64,000 nucleotides of DNA from Staphylococcus phage Machias, in sequence record MW349128.1. One strand, written 5' to 3'. The notes below the pieces were generated by a model. That model made no database searches and was not told the origin of the DNA. It saw nothing but the letters and a program-made list of their open reading frames with translations. The number at the start of each line of letters is the position of its first letter. Positions within the stretch are counted from its first letter, which is position 1. Positions 19,761 to 28,873 of the stretch are shown in pieces. A program made the position numbers and the translations under genes.

Positions 19761-19781
19761 TACAAGCTTTATATTCTTTAA
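19761..19781 (+). CDS. RNAP beta-prime N-half, tiny terminal exon (YKLYIL-stop ~ E. coli LGLYYMT), ends the N-terminal beta-prime polypeptide
   Basis: in-frame continuation after the omega-G at 19760; stop at 19779..19781; the beta-prime C-half is encoded separately at 39794. Confidence 0.3.
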   Translation, partial: YKLYIL

Positions 19782-19802
19782 CTAAAGAATAATTTAAAAA
19801 TT

Positions 19803-19837
19803 CAGAGTAACGGTCTAATATAGATCGTTACTCTTAT
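19803..19837. terminator. terminator hairpin (AGAGTAACG / loop / CGTTACTCT)
   Basis: 9-bp inverted repeat after the beta-prime N-half gene, followed by T-rich sequence. Confidence 0.55.
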
Positions 19838-19865
19838 TATATTGCTTTTATACAAAATACTTATT

Positions 19866-19883
19866 TAAATATATATTATAAAA
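19866..19883 (+). promoter_or_regulatory. promoter-like motif TAAATATATATTATAAAA upstream of the paralogue array
   Basis: exact consensus copy 30 nt upstream of the RBS of gene 19913. Confidence 0.45.
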
Positions 19884-19912
19884 TAGAAGTATATTAAAAT
19901 ACAAAAGGAGAA

Positions 19913-20545
19913 GTGATTATTTTGAATATTAATGATTATAGATATTTTAAAATGGATGATGGATTAATGCAAATCCATAAAGATAAAATTAAAGGAAATA
20001 TTACAGACTTGATAGGAATGTTGCATATTGATGTAGATCGTATCAAGGAAGATAATTTTCTAAATTTAGGTTTAGAAAGATTAAATATAAATATTTCTTT
20101 TGATAATCTTGAATTGGTATGGGAAAATATAAAATTTCAATTTAGTTTGTCGATAATTATTTTTGCTGAAAAACAAGAAAATGAATTAAATGAATATACA
20201 AGTAGTATAAGATTTTTTTATGATAATGAAGAAAGACAAATGGAGAGTGATAGATTTAAAAAACTTATATTAAATGTTGATTATATAAAAAATTTTGTAA
20301 GTTTAATGGTAGATGATAAAGAAATCGATGATTTAACAATTTCTATTTTTAATTATGATAAAAATGATTTTCATTTAAAATGTTCTGATATTGTAATTAG
20401 ATACTTATACGATTTAGAAAGAAGATTTAATGATAAAGGTTATGATTTGTTATTAAATGGTAAGAATATAAATGAATTAGAAGACAATGAAGAAAAAGAT
20501 ATTGATAAGATTAAGAAATATTTAGTGAAAGAAAATTTTAAATAA
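19913..20545 (+). CDS. tail-family paralogue 1 (C-terminus ...DIDKIKKYLVKENFK)
   Basis: RBS aaaggagaag; GTG/TTG start region; conserved C-terminal tail. Confidence 0.6.
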   Translation: MIILNINDYRYFKMDDGLMQIHKDKIKGNITDLIGMLHIDVDRIKEDNFLNLGLERLNINISFDNLELVWENIKFQFSLSIIIFAEKQENELNEYTSSIRFFYDNEERQMESDRFKKLILNVDYIKNFVSLMVDDKEIDDLTISIFNYDKNDFHLKCSDIVIRYLYDLERRFNDKGYDLLLNGKNINELEDNEEKDIDKIKKYLVKENFK

Positions 20546-20556
20546 GGAATGATAAA

Positions 20557-21219
20557 ATGGATAATATAAAAGTATACAATAATACAATAACTAATCAAAA
20601 ATTTTCTTTAGATAATAATGAAATTGATAATGGTAGATTCTTATATAAAGCTATGGAACAAGTAACAAATAAAAATCAAAAGAATATTGAATTTCTTGAT
20701 AGTAGTTTTCTAGTAAATAATATGCAGATGAATTTCCATTTTTATATTTACTCGGATTTTATTATAAACTTTAAAAATCTAACTGGAAAAGATAAAAATA
20801 TATTAATTAATGGTAATAATTCTGATATAACAAGGGCTTCATTTGTCTGTTTTTATGACAATATTGATAATGAAAGAATATTCCAAATTTATCTAAAAAC
20901 AAAGAAATCTAAAAAGATAAGAAATATATTAAAAGATTATGAAAGTGAGAAATATTTAATTGAAAGAATAATGTTAATTGGTGAAGATATATCTTTTAAA
21001 GTAGATTTTAAAAAAGAATATTTAGATAGTATAGAAGATAATGAATATAAGTCTTTAGACAGTTTGATTCACTATATATTAAAAGATATGTTAATTAATA
21101 TAGATGGAGAATTTATACCTTTTATGGAATTTATTAAAAATTATCTTTATTCTATATCTAAAGAAATTACTGATGAAAAAGAAATTAAGAAATATTTAAT
21201 TAAAGAAAATTTTAAATAA
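20557..21219 (+). CDS. tail-family paralogue 2 (...ITDEKEIKKYLIKENFK)
   Basis: RBS taaggaatg; conserved tail. Confidence 0.65.
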   Translation: MDNIKVYNNTITNQKFSLDNNEIDNGRFLYKAMEQVTNKNQKNIEFLDSSFLVNNMQMNFHFYIYSDFIINFKNLTGKDKNILINGNNSDITRASFVCFYDNIDNERIFQIYLKTKKSKKIRNILKDYESEKYLIERIMLIGEDISFKVDFKKEYLDSIEDNEYKSLDSLIHYILKDMLINIDGEFIPFMEFIKNYLYSISKEITDEKEIKKYLIKENFK

Positions 21220-21236
21220 TGGAGTTGAAATAGATA

Positions 21237-21722
21237 ATGATATATTACAAAAATAAAGTAAATGGTGAAATATATGAAGTTAATAATATTCATAGAAAAG
21301 ATGATGCTTTTTATTATGTGTTTGGTAATGAATTTAAAAAAGAGAATTCGTCTTTTTATAGATCTGATGGTAAAAAGATTGACCTATATGATGAAGATGT
21401 AGGAAGTATAAAATTGGAGTTTTTCTTAATTTACGGTTTTATTAATCTTCATTTAACTACGCACATTTCTTGGGATCTTAATAGTATTCCTTTTATACCT
21501 AAAAATATAGATTTAACAAACCAAAATCTTGTCATATCAGACTCTTCAATTGATCTTTATTATTTATTTTATAAAAGATTATGTTATGCGATAGATGTAA
21601 ATATGACACATTATAATATTCCATTAGAAAAATTTAATTTTGATAATGAAGATATATTTGAAATAATTTCAGAAGATTGCAAAGAAGTAAAAGATTTTAA
21701 AGTTAGAAATCATTTTAAATAA
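21237..21722 (+). CDS. tail-family paralogue 3, divergent tail (...KEVKDFKVRNHFK)
   Basis: RBS tggagttg; divergent but recognisable tail. Confidence 0.55.
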   Translation: MIYYKNKVNGEIYEVNNIHRKDDAFYYVFGNEFKKENSSFYRSDGKKIDLYDEDVGSIKLEFFLIYGFINLHLTTHISWDLNSIPFIPKNIDLTNQNLVISDSSIDLYYLFYKRLCYAIDVNMTHYNIPLEKFNFDNEDIFEIISEDCKEVKDFKVRNHFK

Positions 21723-21735
21723 GGAGGAATTATTA

Positions 21736-22407
21736 ATGGAAGGTTATGATTTTGATTTATATATAACAAATAGGGATTTGAAAGATAATCATTTTATGAA
21801 AATAAATAAAGATAGGTATAATAATGATAGAGACTATATTGAAAGAGTAAATACTATCAATATGATAAAATTATTAACTCATGTCTCTTATCCTGATTAT
21901 GAAAATATTATATCATTTAATGTTGACTGTAAACTGAAATTAAGAGGTTTTAATGATTATAAAGATATTAAGTTATCTTATTATCAAGAAGTAGAATCAA
22001 AATCAACTATTATTGCCGGAATATCATTTGTAAAAACTGAATTAAATTTAATAAGTAAAGAGAAAGATAATAGATATCTAACAGATGAATTATTGTATGA
22101 GTATGATATGATGAAAATAAATACAAGTATAAATAATAAACTTAATACAATTAAATTAACTAAAAATGAAGCCACTGCTTTGAATAGTATTAGTCAGAGA
22201 AGTCCTAAATTTCATTTATCACTTGATAAGTTTAGAAGAGAATTCTTAAAGATGATAACTGAATTAAATAAGTATGAAGATATACAGTTTTTAATTGATG
22301 GAACGTATTATAGTTTAGAAGATATCAATTTATACAATAAAGATTTATTTAGAACTGCTACTGATAAGGAATTCAAGAATTATTTAGTTAAAGAAGGATT
22401 TAGATAA
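21736..22407 (+). CDS. tail-family paralogue 4 (...ATDKEFKNYLVKEGFR)
   Basis: RBS taaggagg; conserved tail. Confidence 0.65.
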   Translation: MEGYDFDLYITNRDLKDNHFMKINKDRYNNDRDYIERVNTINMIKLLTHVSYPDYENIISFNVDCKLKLRGFNDYKDIKLSYYQEVESKSTIIAGISFVKTELNLISKEKDNRYLTDELLYEYDMMKINTSINNKLNTIKLTKNEATALNSISQRSPKFHLSLDKFRREFLKMITELNKYEDIQFLIDGTYYSLEDINLYNKDLFRTATDKEFKNYLVKEGFR

Positions 22408-22417
22408 AAAAGTGTAT

Positions 22418-22436
22418 TAAATATATATTATAAAAA
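22418..22436 (+). promoter_or_regulatory. promoter-like motif TAAATATATATTATAAAAA inside the paralogue array
   Basis: consensus copy abutting ORF 22444 with no SD (real start probably 22504, which has RBS gaggag). Confidence 0.4.
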
Positions 22437-22503
22437 TGAGATAATGAATCTAACAGAGTTCATTATCTCTAATAATATCTTAAATAGAGGAGATGAAGTT
22501 AAT

Positions 22504-23145
22504 ATGGATAATAATGAATATATAAATAATCATGAATTCTATAAAGTTGATAGTAGAGGACAAATAATAGTAACTAATAAAGATGTTACTAAAGATGAAT
22601 TAAATGTTAATCTATTCAAAGAATTATTTAATTTTAATAATGTTAAGAAAAAAATAGATGAAATTGGTTTATTTTCATTAAAAACCAATAGTATTTTGAT
22701 AAGGGACAAAAATACTTATTACAGAACTAAGAATTCTTATATAGATATAACAGACATGTGCAATAATAATTATTTTGAATTATATTTTGTATTTTCATTA
22801 TTAGATAAAAATGAAAATGGATGCAAGAATATAGGACCTTTTAAAAGTTCAATTAGCAGTCAAGTATTTTCATATACAGCTAAAATTCAAATTAAAAATA
22901 GAGACAATTTGGAACATGAATTAATTTCAAATATAATTGATCTCTTTAGTAGTAAAAAAGAAACAAATTTAATAATATATACAGTTGATTCAGTAGAGGA
23001 TGATATTGATTTTATGACAAGTCGAGAATTTAAGAAAGATTTAATTTTAGAAGAATATACACTCGATGAAATATACAAGGTCTTAGAAAAATTAGAAAGT
23101 GAAAAAGAAATTAAACAATACTTAGTTAAAGAAAATTTTAAATAG
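22504..23145 (+). CDS. tail-family paralogue 5 (...ESEKEIKQYLVKENFK); the ORF track starts it at 22444
   Basis: internal ATG with RBS agaggagatg; conserved tail. Confidence 0.6.
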   Translation: MDNNEYINNHEFYKVDSRGQIIVTNKDVTKDELNVNLFKELFNFNNVKKKIDEIGLFSLKTNSILIRDKNTYYRTKNSYIDITDMCNNNYFELYFVFSLLDKNENGCKNIGPFKSSISSQVFSYTAKIQIKNRDNLEHELISNIIDLFSSKKETNLIIYTVDSVEDDIDFMTSREFKKDLILEEYTLDEIYKVLEKLESEKEIKQYLVKENFK

Positions 23146-23160
23146 AGAGGAGTGAAATAT

Positions 23161-23697
23161 ATGGATTTAAAAAATTCTAGATTTTTAAGAAAAAGTAAAC
23201 ATCATAAAATAATACAATTTAAGCATAATAATATAAATAATGATCATGTATTAGGATTATCTTTATTAATATTATTTACTAATGTTTATATAAGAAGTGA
23301 TTCTGATGATATTAGTATTTATGATTATTTATCAAATGTATACATGAAAATAGATGGTTATTTAAAAGGTCCTTTATCAATAACGCATGGAGACAATAAT
23401 AGCGTATTAGTATATTCTAGAATTAGATTACCATTAGATCTATTTAAATTAAGAGAATACAATGTTAATACTAGATTATACACATATATTCTTCTTGATA
23501 ATTATGAAACTGATAAAGGAGATTTAATTCAATCCGTTGTTAATGCTTCTGATTATATTATTAAGAATGATAGAATTAAATTAAAAATAATTATTGATGG
23601 AATTGAAAAAGATATTGGTGGTATATTAAAATACTTTGATGAAGTTAAAGATGAAAAAGAAATTAAGAAATATTTAGTAGAAAAAAATTTTAAATAA
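23161..23697 (+). CDS. tail-family paralogue 6 (...VKDEKEIKKYLVEKNFK); the ORF track starts it at 23152 (GTG)
   Basis: RBS agagaggag; conserved tail. Confidence 0.6.
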   Translation: MDLKNSRFLRKSKHHKIIQFKHNNINNDHVLGLSLLILFTNVYIRSDSDDISIYDYLSNVYMKIDGYLKGPLSITHGDNNSVLVYSRIRLPLDLFKLREYNVNTRLYTYILLDNYETDKGDLIQSVVNASDYIIKNDRIKLKIIIDGIEKDIGGILKYFDEVKDEKEIKKYLVEKNFK

Positions 23698-23714
23698 TGA
23701 AAGAGGTAATTAAA

Positions 23715-24332
23715 ATGAATGAATCATTATATGTATCTGATATTTTAGAATATAGTTTCATTGATAAAAAGAGTCTTTCTAGAAAAGAATTATTTGATAT
23801 ATCTTTTGATCAATTTTTCAAACATCCAGGCTGTACTGGTTATGATGTTAAAAATGTTCGTCTTTGGATAAATTCTATGGATGGTCTAATTCTAAGATTC
23901 GGTTATGATATGAATAATCTTTTTTATGTAAATGAATTTGATCTTTTCGTAGATAAAAATGATGGTCAATATGAATTTAGTTTTGTATTAGATATTCCAG
24001 CGTTTTCAAAAAAAGAAGTTCACTGTGAAATAGGACCTTTTGTATCTAGAGAAGGTGAAATTGAATTTTATTTTAATGATACAGAAATATATACTGAAGG
24101 AAAAACTTTACTAGACAAAGCTAAAGAATACTTGACTAGAGATATATTTAATAAAAATGGTTCTGCATTTAATGTCTTTTCATTAAATAACGAAGACAAT
24201 ATTCATGATTACAAAATAAGTAAAGAGGATATAAAAGAAATCTATAATTTAAATATTATAGATGAACTATTTAAAGAAGTAACGGATGAAAAGGAAATTA
24301 AAAATTACTTAGTCAAGAAAGGTTTTGAATAA
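23715..24332 (+). CDS. tail-family paralogue 7 (...VTDEKEIKNYLVKKGFE); the ORF track starts it at 23697
   Basis: RBS aagaggtaat before ATG 23715; conserved tail. Confidence 0.6.
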   Translation: MNESLYVSDILEYSFIDKKSLSRKELFDISFDQFFKHPGCTGYDVKNVRLWINSMDGLILRFGYDMNNLFYVNEFDLFVDKNDGQYEFSFVLDIPAFSKKEVHCEIGPFVSREGEIEFYFNDTEIYTEGKTLLDKAKEYLTRDIFNKNGSAFNVFSLNNEDNIHDYKISKEDIKEIYNLNIIDELFKEVTDEKEIKNYLVKKGFE

Positions 24333-24333
24333 T

Positions 24334-25011
24334 ATGATTGATTTTAAATTATACAAAAATATAGATAATGGAAAATATATAGAAGCAAAAGATGGTATAG
24401 AAAAATATATTAGATCTTTTTCATTTATTAACTATGTGGATGATAATCTATACTTAGTGAAGCATGAAAAATATACAAAAGACGACTATATATTGAGACA
24501 TCAAGGAATGACTAGAAATTTCATTGTAATTAATCACAATAACATTATGTATAGAATAAAACACATAGAATTGACTATTCGGTTGAAGCTTAATCATGAA
24601 GCTATAATTAATATTAAACTTACACCTACAGCTGCAACTCTTAATAAATTTGAAAGTGTTGGAAATTTCACAAAAGTAAGAAACTTATTTTATAACCGGA
24701 AATTATTTAAATATGAAAATTATCCTAAATTTGAATATGATTATAAAGAAGAAGATCAGATTTTCTTTAGTGAAATGTTTGAAGCGGTATTAAAAGAAAT
24801 TGAAAATGATGATATTGATTTTTATGTAATTAATGAAGAAATTATAGAAGAATTTGAAGAAAATAAGAATAAAATAAAACTAGAAAATTTCTCGAAGTAT
24901 AAAGATGGTACATTAGAAGATTATAATATATTAAATTTCAGTAAGAAATTTATTGAAATTAAAGATGAGAAAGAAATTAAAAACTATTTAGTAAATAAAA
25001 ACTTTAGGTAA
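24334..25011 (+). CDS. tail-family paralogue 8 (...IKDEKEIKNYLVNKNFR); the ORF track starts it at 24325 (TTG)
   Basis: ATG 24334 with RBS aaaggtttt; conserved tail. Confidence 0.6.
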   Translation: MIDFKLYKNIDNGKYIEAKDGIEKYIRSFSFINYVDDNLYLVKHEKYTKDDYILRHQGMTRNFIVINHNNIMYRIKHIELTIRLKLNHEAIINIKLTPTAATLNKFESVGNFTKVRNLFYNRKLFKYENYPKFEYDYKEEDQIFFSEMFEAVLKEIENDDIDFYVINEEIIEEFEENKNKIKLENFSKYKDGTLEDYNILNFSKKFIEIKDEKEIKNYLVNKNFR

Positions 25012-25057
25012 TTTAATTAACTTACTTTTATAATATATGAAAGAAGTGATTAACTAA

Positions 25058-25843
25058 ATGTCTAATGAAAATAACGGAATTGATTTAATTTCACAAATTA
25101 ATGATATGATGGAAGAATATAAAATGCTAGTTGGATTTAAATCTAAAATGGAACGTAAAGAAATTCAATTAGAAGAAAGAATTAGAGATTTAACTAAGAA
25201 TCTGAAATATCCTAAACATACATTTGTATCTAATATGGAAGCTAATATTATTAGTGTAGAAAAAGAAATTAAAGACACTATTATGCAAATGAAAAATGTT
25301 AAAAAAGATATTATTGACTTAACTATGAAAGCTCAGAAAATGGCTGAAGATGATGAATCTGAAGATAACTATAAAGTGCTTGCTAAAAATGTACTTAGTC
25401 AGCTTAATAATATGTCTAATAAAGATATATTAAACAGCATGACAGAAAATGAAGAAGATACTGCTGAAGATGAAGAAGATTTGAAAGATAAATTAGATCA
25501 AACTTTAGAAAATCTAAATAAAGATATAGATGAAGATGAAAAAGAAATTGAAAAAAGAGAGGAATTACAAAAAGAAGTTAATGAACTTAAACATCAAGAC
25601 TTAGCTTCTATTTTAAAAGTATATAAAGGCACATTGCAATTCTTTGTATTAGGTGATACTCCAAATGAATATGAACTAGTAATTGCTGATAATGAAATGA
25701 ATATCATTGAAGAAGATGAGCTTGAAGATGAATATCCAGAATTATTTACTATGACTAGAGATCTTATCTTTGAAGATGTTGAAGGTAATGATGAAATAGT
25801 TAAAGATGAATTTGGAAATATTTATCAAAAAGCAGAATTTTAG
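25058..25843 (+). CDS. acidic coiled-coil protein, not a tail-family member, embedded in the array
   Basis: ORF with RBS gaaagaagtg; E/D/K-rich heptads. Confidence 0.5.
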   Translation: MSNENNGIDLISQINDMMEEYKMLVGFKSKMERKEIQLEERIRDLTKNLKYPKHTFVSNMEANIISVEKEIKDTIMQMKNVKKDIIDLTMKAQKMAEDDESEDNYKVLAKNVLSQLNNMSNKDILNSMTENEEDTAEDEEDLKDKLDQTLENLNKDIDEDEKEIEKREELQKEVNELKHQDLASILKVYKGTLQFFVLGDTPNEYELVIADNEMNIIEEDELEDEYPELFTMTRDLIFEDVEGNDEIVKDEFGNIYQKAEF

Positions 25844-25851
25844 ATTATTTT

Positions 25852-25882
25852 GCCCATAATATATCGCATTAATATATTATGG
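25852..25882. terminator. hairpin CCCATAATATAT / CGCATTA / ATATATTATGGG
   Basis: 12-bp perfect inverted repeat after the stop at 25843. Confidence 0.6.
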
Positions 25883-25911
25883 GTATTTATTATATAGGAG
25901 ATGAATTAAAT

Positions 25912-26037
25912 ATGTTAAAAAGATTATATGAATTATTAACTAGAAAAAGATTTGAAAAGAAACTATATGAATTTAAATTTAGTTATCAAGACCATGAGCA
26001 TCTTAATGAAGTTCATGAATTTAGTAAAAACAATTAA
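25912..26037 (+). CDS. small ORF (41 aa) not in the ORF track
   Basis: ATG with RBS taggagatg; basic peptide MLKRLYELLTRKRFEKKLYEF... Confidence 0.3.
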   Translation: MLKRLYELLTRKRFEKKLYEFKFSYQDHEHLNEVHEFSKNN

Positions 26038-26040
26038 GGA

Positions 26041-26451
26041 GTGATATTATTGCTATCAGAATACAGATTAAATAGTAATAAAGAAAATATTAAACAACTA
26101 TTAAGAGATTATGGTTTTAGAAAAGATTCTTATACTAAAGCGTTATTATATAGAAAGCGTGTGACTGATCCAAATGATATTTTGTTCATAGAAGCTGAAG
26201 TGGTTATTGAAACTAATTCAGATCTAGTTAAATTAAATTATTATGATAATAAACATAATAGATTTAATCCTTCTAATGAATCGCCAGAGGTTCAAAAAGG
26301 TTTAAGTATATTAGAAGACATGAAAGAAAAAGAATTATTAATTGAACCAGAATTAACTCAAAATAAAGAAGAAAAAGAAGTTCTTGATAGACTTAAAGAA
26401 CAACGTGAAGAAATGGAAAATGGACAAGTATCACCTAATTCTGAAGATTAG
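26041..26451 (+). CDS. hypothetical protein (136 aa), not a tail-family member
   Basis: ORF with RBS ttaaggagtg; TTG start. Confidence 0.5.
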   Translation: MILLLSEYRLNSNKENIKQLLRDYGFRKDSYTKALLYRKRVTDPNDILFIEAEVVIETNSDLVKLNYYDNKHNRFNPSNESPEVQKGLSILEDMKEKELLIEPELTQNKEEKEVLDRLKEQREEMENGQVSPNSED

Positions 26452-26453
26452 AA

Positions 26454-26472
26454 TAAATATATATTATAAAAA
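26454..26472 (+). promoter_or_regulatory. promoter-like motif TAAATATATATTATAAAAA
   Basis: consensus copy immediately upstream of hairpin 26477..26506 and gene 26532. Confidence 0.45.
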
Positions 26473-26476
26473 CGTT

Positions 26477-26506
26477 ATCCCAATACTATTAAATTAGTAT
26501 TGGGAT
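26477..26506. terminator. conserved-family hairpin (ATCCCAATACT / ATTAAATT / AGTATTGGGAT)
   Basis: member of the CCCAATAC stem family; sits between the promoter motif and an RBS, so it may be a 5'-leader structure as well as a terminator. Confidence 0.65.
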
Positions 26507-26531
26507 TATTATAATAAAAGGAGTTAAATAA

Positions 26532-27311
26532 ATGGAGAAAATTAACAAATACTATGCTAGTAAATCTGAAAAAGAATTTATGGAATTAACTTTCAATGAA
26601 AATGAAACAAACTATTTTGACTTTAAATGGAAAGTTTTAAGCAAATTATTCGCTGAAATGCAGTTAAAGTATAATGAAAGATTTTTCATAACTCATGAAG
26701 AATATGATGATAATGATGGCTTATTTGGTGTTAGATTATTTTTTGATGCTTTCCCTACAGTAAAATATAAATATAAGGGTAAAAAAAATAAAATGGAACT
26801 TCTCTTTTACGCTACAATACGTTTTAGTTTAAAAGAAGAAGACGATAACTATATTAAGATTAGAGCTTTCCCTGTATATAATAATAGTAAGATAGGTAAA
26901 AGATTATTTAGTAAAAGATCTGGTATATTTGATGATGATGGTGAACTATATTTACATCATAGCTTTAATGAAGAAATTATATCTCGATTTTTAAAATATT
27001 ATAAAAGTCATATACAAAAAGGAAAAAGAGCTGTAGAACTCAAAGATGATTTATATAAAATATTTAATGATACAAATAAATTAATCTTTGAATTACTGGA
27101 TCAGATACAAGACCATTCAGATATTGAATTTCTTATTGCACCGGATTGGGATTTTAGCGTTAAGGAAAAGGTAAAAGAAAAAGGTTTTAGTTTTGAAAAA
27201 GAATATGATAAGTATATCAGTTTAAATGATTTTGACGCTGATGCATATTTTAGAGAAATAACTGATGAGAAAGAGATTAAAAAATTTAAAGTCAAGAAAG
27301 GATTTTCCTAA
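26532..27311 (+). CDS. tail-family paralogue 9 (...ITDEKEIKKFKVKKGFS)
   Basis: RBS aaaaggagtt; conserved tail; N-terminal helix LSKLFAEMQLKYNER shared with paralogues 11 and 12. Confidence 0.65.
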   Translation: MEKINKYYASKSEKEFMELTFNENETNYFDFKWKVLSKLFAEMQLKYNERFFITHEEYDDNDGLFGVRLFFDAFPTVKYKYKGKKNKMELLFYATIRFSLKEEDDNYIKIRAFPVYNNSKIGKRLFSKRSGIFDDDGELYLHHSFNEEIISRFLKYYKSHIQKGKRAVELKDDLYKIFNDTNKLIFELLDQIQDHSDIEFLIAPDWDFSVKEKVKEKGFSFEKEYDKYISLNDFDADAYFREITDEKEIKKFKVKKGFS

Positions 27312-27312
27312 T

Positions 27313-28122
27313 ATGAAAAATAATACAAAATATTTTATAGATAAAGAAAGAGACGAATTAATTGAAATTGATAGAAATTATCTTAACCGATATGAATATA
27401 TTGCATATGTATTAACCACTATGGATATTAATAATATTTTAAGTAGTAAAGGATACGCTAAATCTTTCATAGATAATATTTCTAAAGAAGAAGATTATAT
27501 GAATTTTCATTATAAAGAAATTGATAATGATATTTATTTTATAGACAAACATAATAAAAATGATGCTTTTAAAAGATTTAATACTAATTTTCATATTAAT
27601 TTCAATACTGGTAGAATGGATAAAATTGAAACTGGAGAATTTAAATTAGATTTTCATTTTGATAATTCATTATATAAAGAATATTTCAATACAATTACTA
27701 ATGGTTTAGTAAATGAAAATAATTTAGTTAATGAAGGAATAAATGAAAAAATGAGATCTCTTGTAAATATTGAATTATTTGAAAAGAGTTTATACGAGAT
27801 CAAATATAATAATGAATCATTTATGGATTTAAGTTTTTCAATATCGGCATTTGAGAAAAATCCTATTATTAAATTTATAGAAGATTTTAAGGATTTATTC
27901 TTTATAATATTATATCAGAATAATCTTAGTGTATTAATGTCTCTTTATGAGATTAAATATATGTATAAAGATGATATAGAATTTTATATTAGTTTCTCCA
28001 GTAAGGGTGGCGGTTTAATTAATTTATTACATCTAATAGAAAGTGATGAAAATGATTTATTCAAAGAATTAACAGATGAAAAAGATATTAAAAATTTTAA
28101 AGTCAAGAAAGGATTTTCATAA
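27313..28122 (+). CDS. tail-family paralogue 10 (...LTDEKDIKNFKVKKGFS); the ORF track starts it at 27265
   Basis: ATG 27313 with RBS aaaggatttt; conserved tail. Confidence 0.6.
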   Translation: MKNNTKYFIDKERDELIEIDRNYLNRYEYIAYVLTTMDINNILSSKGYAKSFIDNISKEEDYMNFHYKEIDNDIYFIDKHNKNDAFKRFNTNFHINFNTGRMDKIETGEFKLDFHFDNSLYKEYFNTITNGLVNENNLVNEGINEKMRSLVNIELFEKSLYEIKYNNESFMDLSFSISAFEKNPIIKFIEDFKDLFFIILYQNNLSVLMSLYEIKYMYKDDIEFYISFSSKGGGLINLLHLIESDENDLFKELTDEKDIKNFKVKKGFS

Positions 28123-28859
28123 TGGAATATAATAATTATTATAGATATAAATTAGATGGAAAAATACTTCACTTTAATATGGATAGAACTGACTTGCGTA
28201 GAGATATATTGGCTGAAATATTTACTAAAATGCAGATGGAATATATTTATAAAAATGAAGAAATGATCATCAGACCAAGAAACTTTAGACATCGATCTGT
28301 ACTTTCTTTAGTTTATTCTCTTTTTAATGATAAAGTAGTTAAAATCGAACAAATTTCTAAAATATTAATTAAAGATCATGCAAGAGATTTATTAAAATAT
28401 AATACGAATTTTAATTTAGAATTTAATTCTATTTTAGATAAAGGAATATTTAAAAAAGATTTTCCAAAGGAATCTTTTCATGACAAAACAGAAAGTAATA
28501 TGAATGGATACTCAATTTTAAGTGATAATATAAGACATACTAGTGAAAATTTTGTTAATCTAGAAGATAGAGATCGTATTTTAAATTTTGGAGAAATAGA
28601 ATTTCTAGTCAAAGAATTTAATAGAGCTCTTTTAAATTATCTTATGGATTTAGTGGAATATGGAGATTTAGAATTAAATGTTAAGAAATCAGAGTTAGCA
28701 TATTTTATGACCGGAATATATACAAAAATGGAAGAACAAGAAGACAAATTATTTTCTATATTCGATTATAAATTTTTACTTAATGAATCTGGGTTATTTG
28801 AAGAGGTTACAGATGAAAAAGTTATTAAAGAATATTTAGTGAAAAATAATTTTAAATAA
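28122..28859 (+). CDS. tail-family paralogue 11 (...VTDEKVIKEYLVKNNFK)
   Basis: TAATG overlap with the upstream gene; conserved tail. Confidence 0.65.
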   Translation: MEYNNYYRYKLDGKILHFNMDRTDLRRDILAEIFTKMQMEYIYKNEEMIIRPRNFRHRSVLSLVYSLFNDKVVKIEQISKILIKDHARDLLKYNTNFNLEFNSILDKGIFKKDFPKESFHDKTESNMNGYSILSDNIRHTSENFVNLEDRDRILNFGEIEFLVKEFNRALLNYLMDLVEYGDLELNVKKSELAYFMTGIYTKMEEQEDKLFSIFDYKFLLNESGLFEEVTDEKVIKEYLVKNNFK

Positions 28860-28873
28860 AGGAGGATTTTTCG

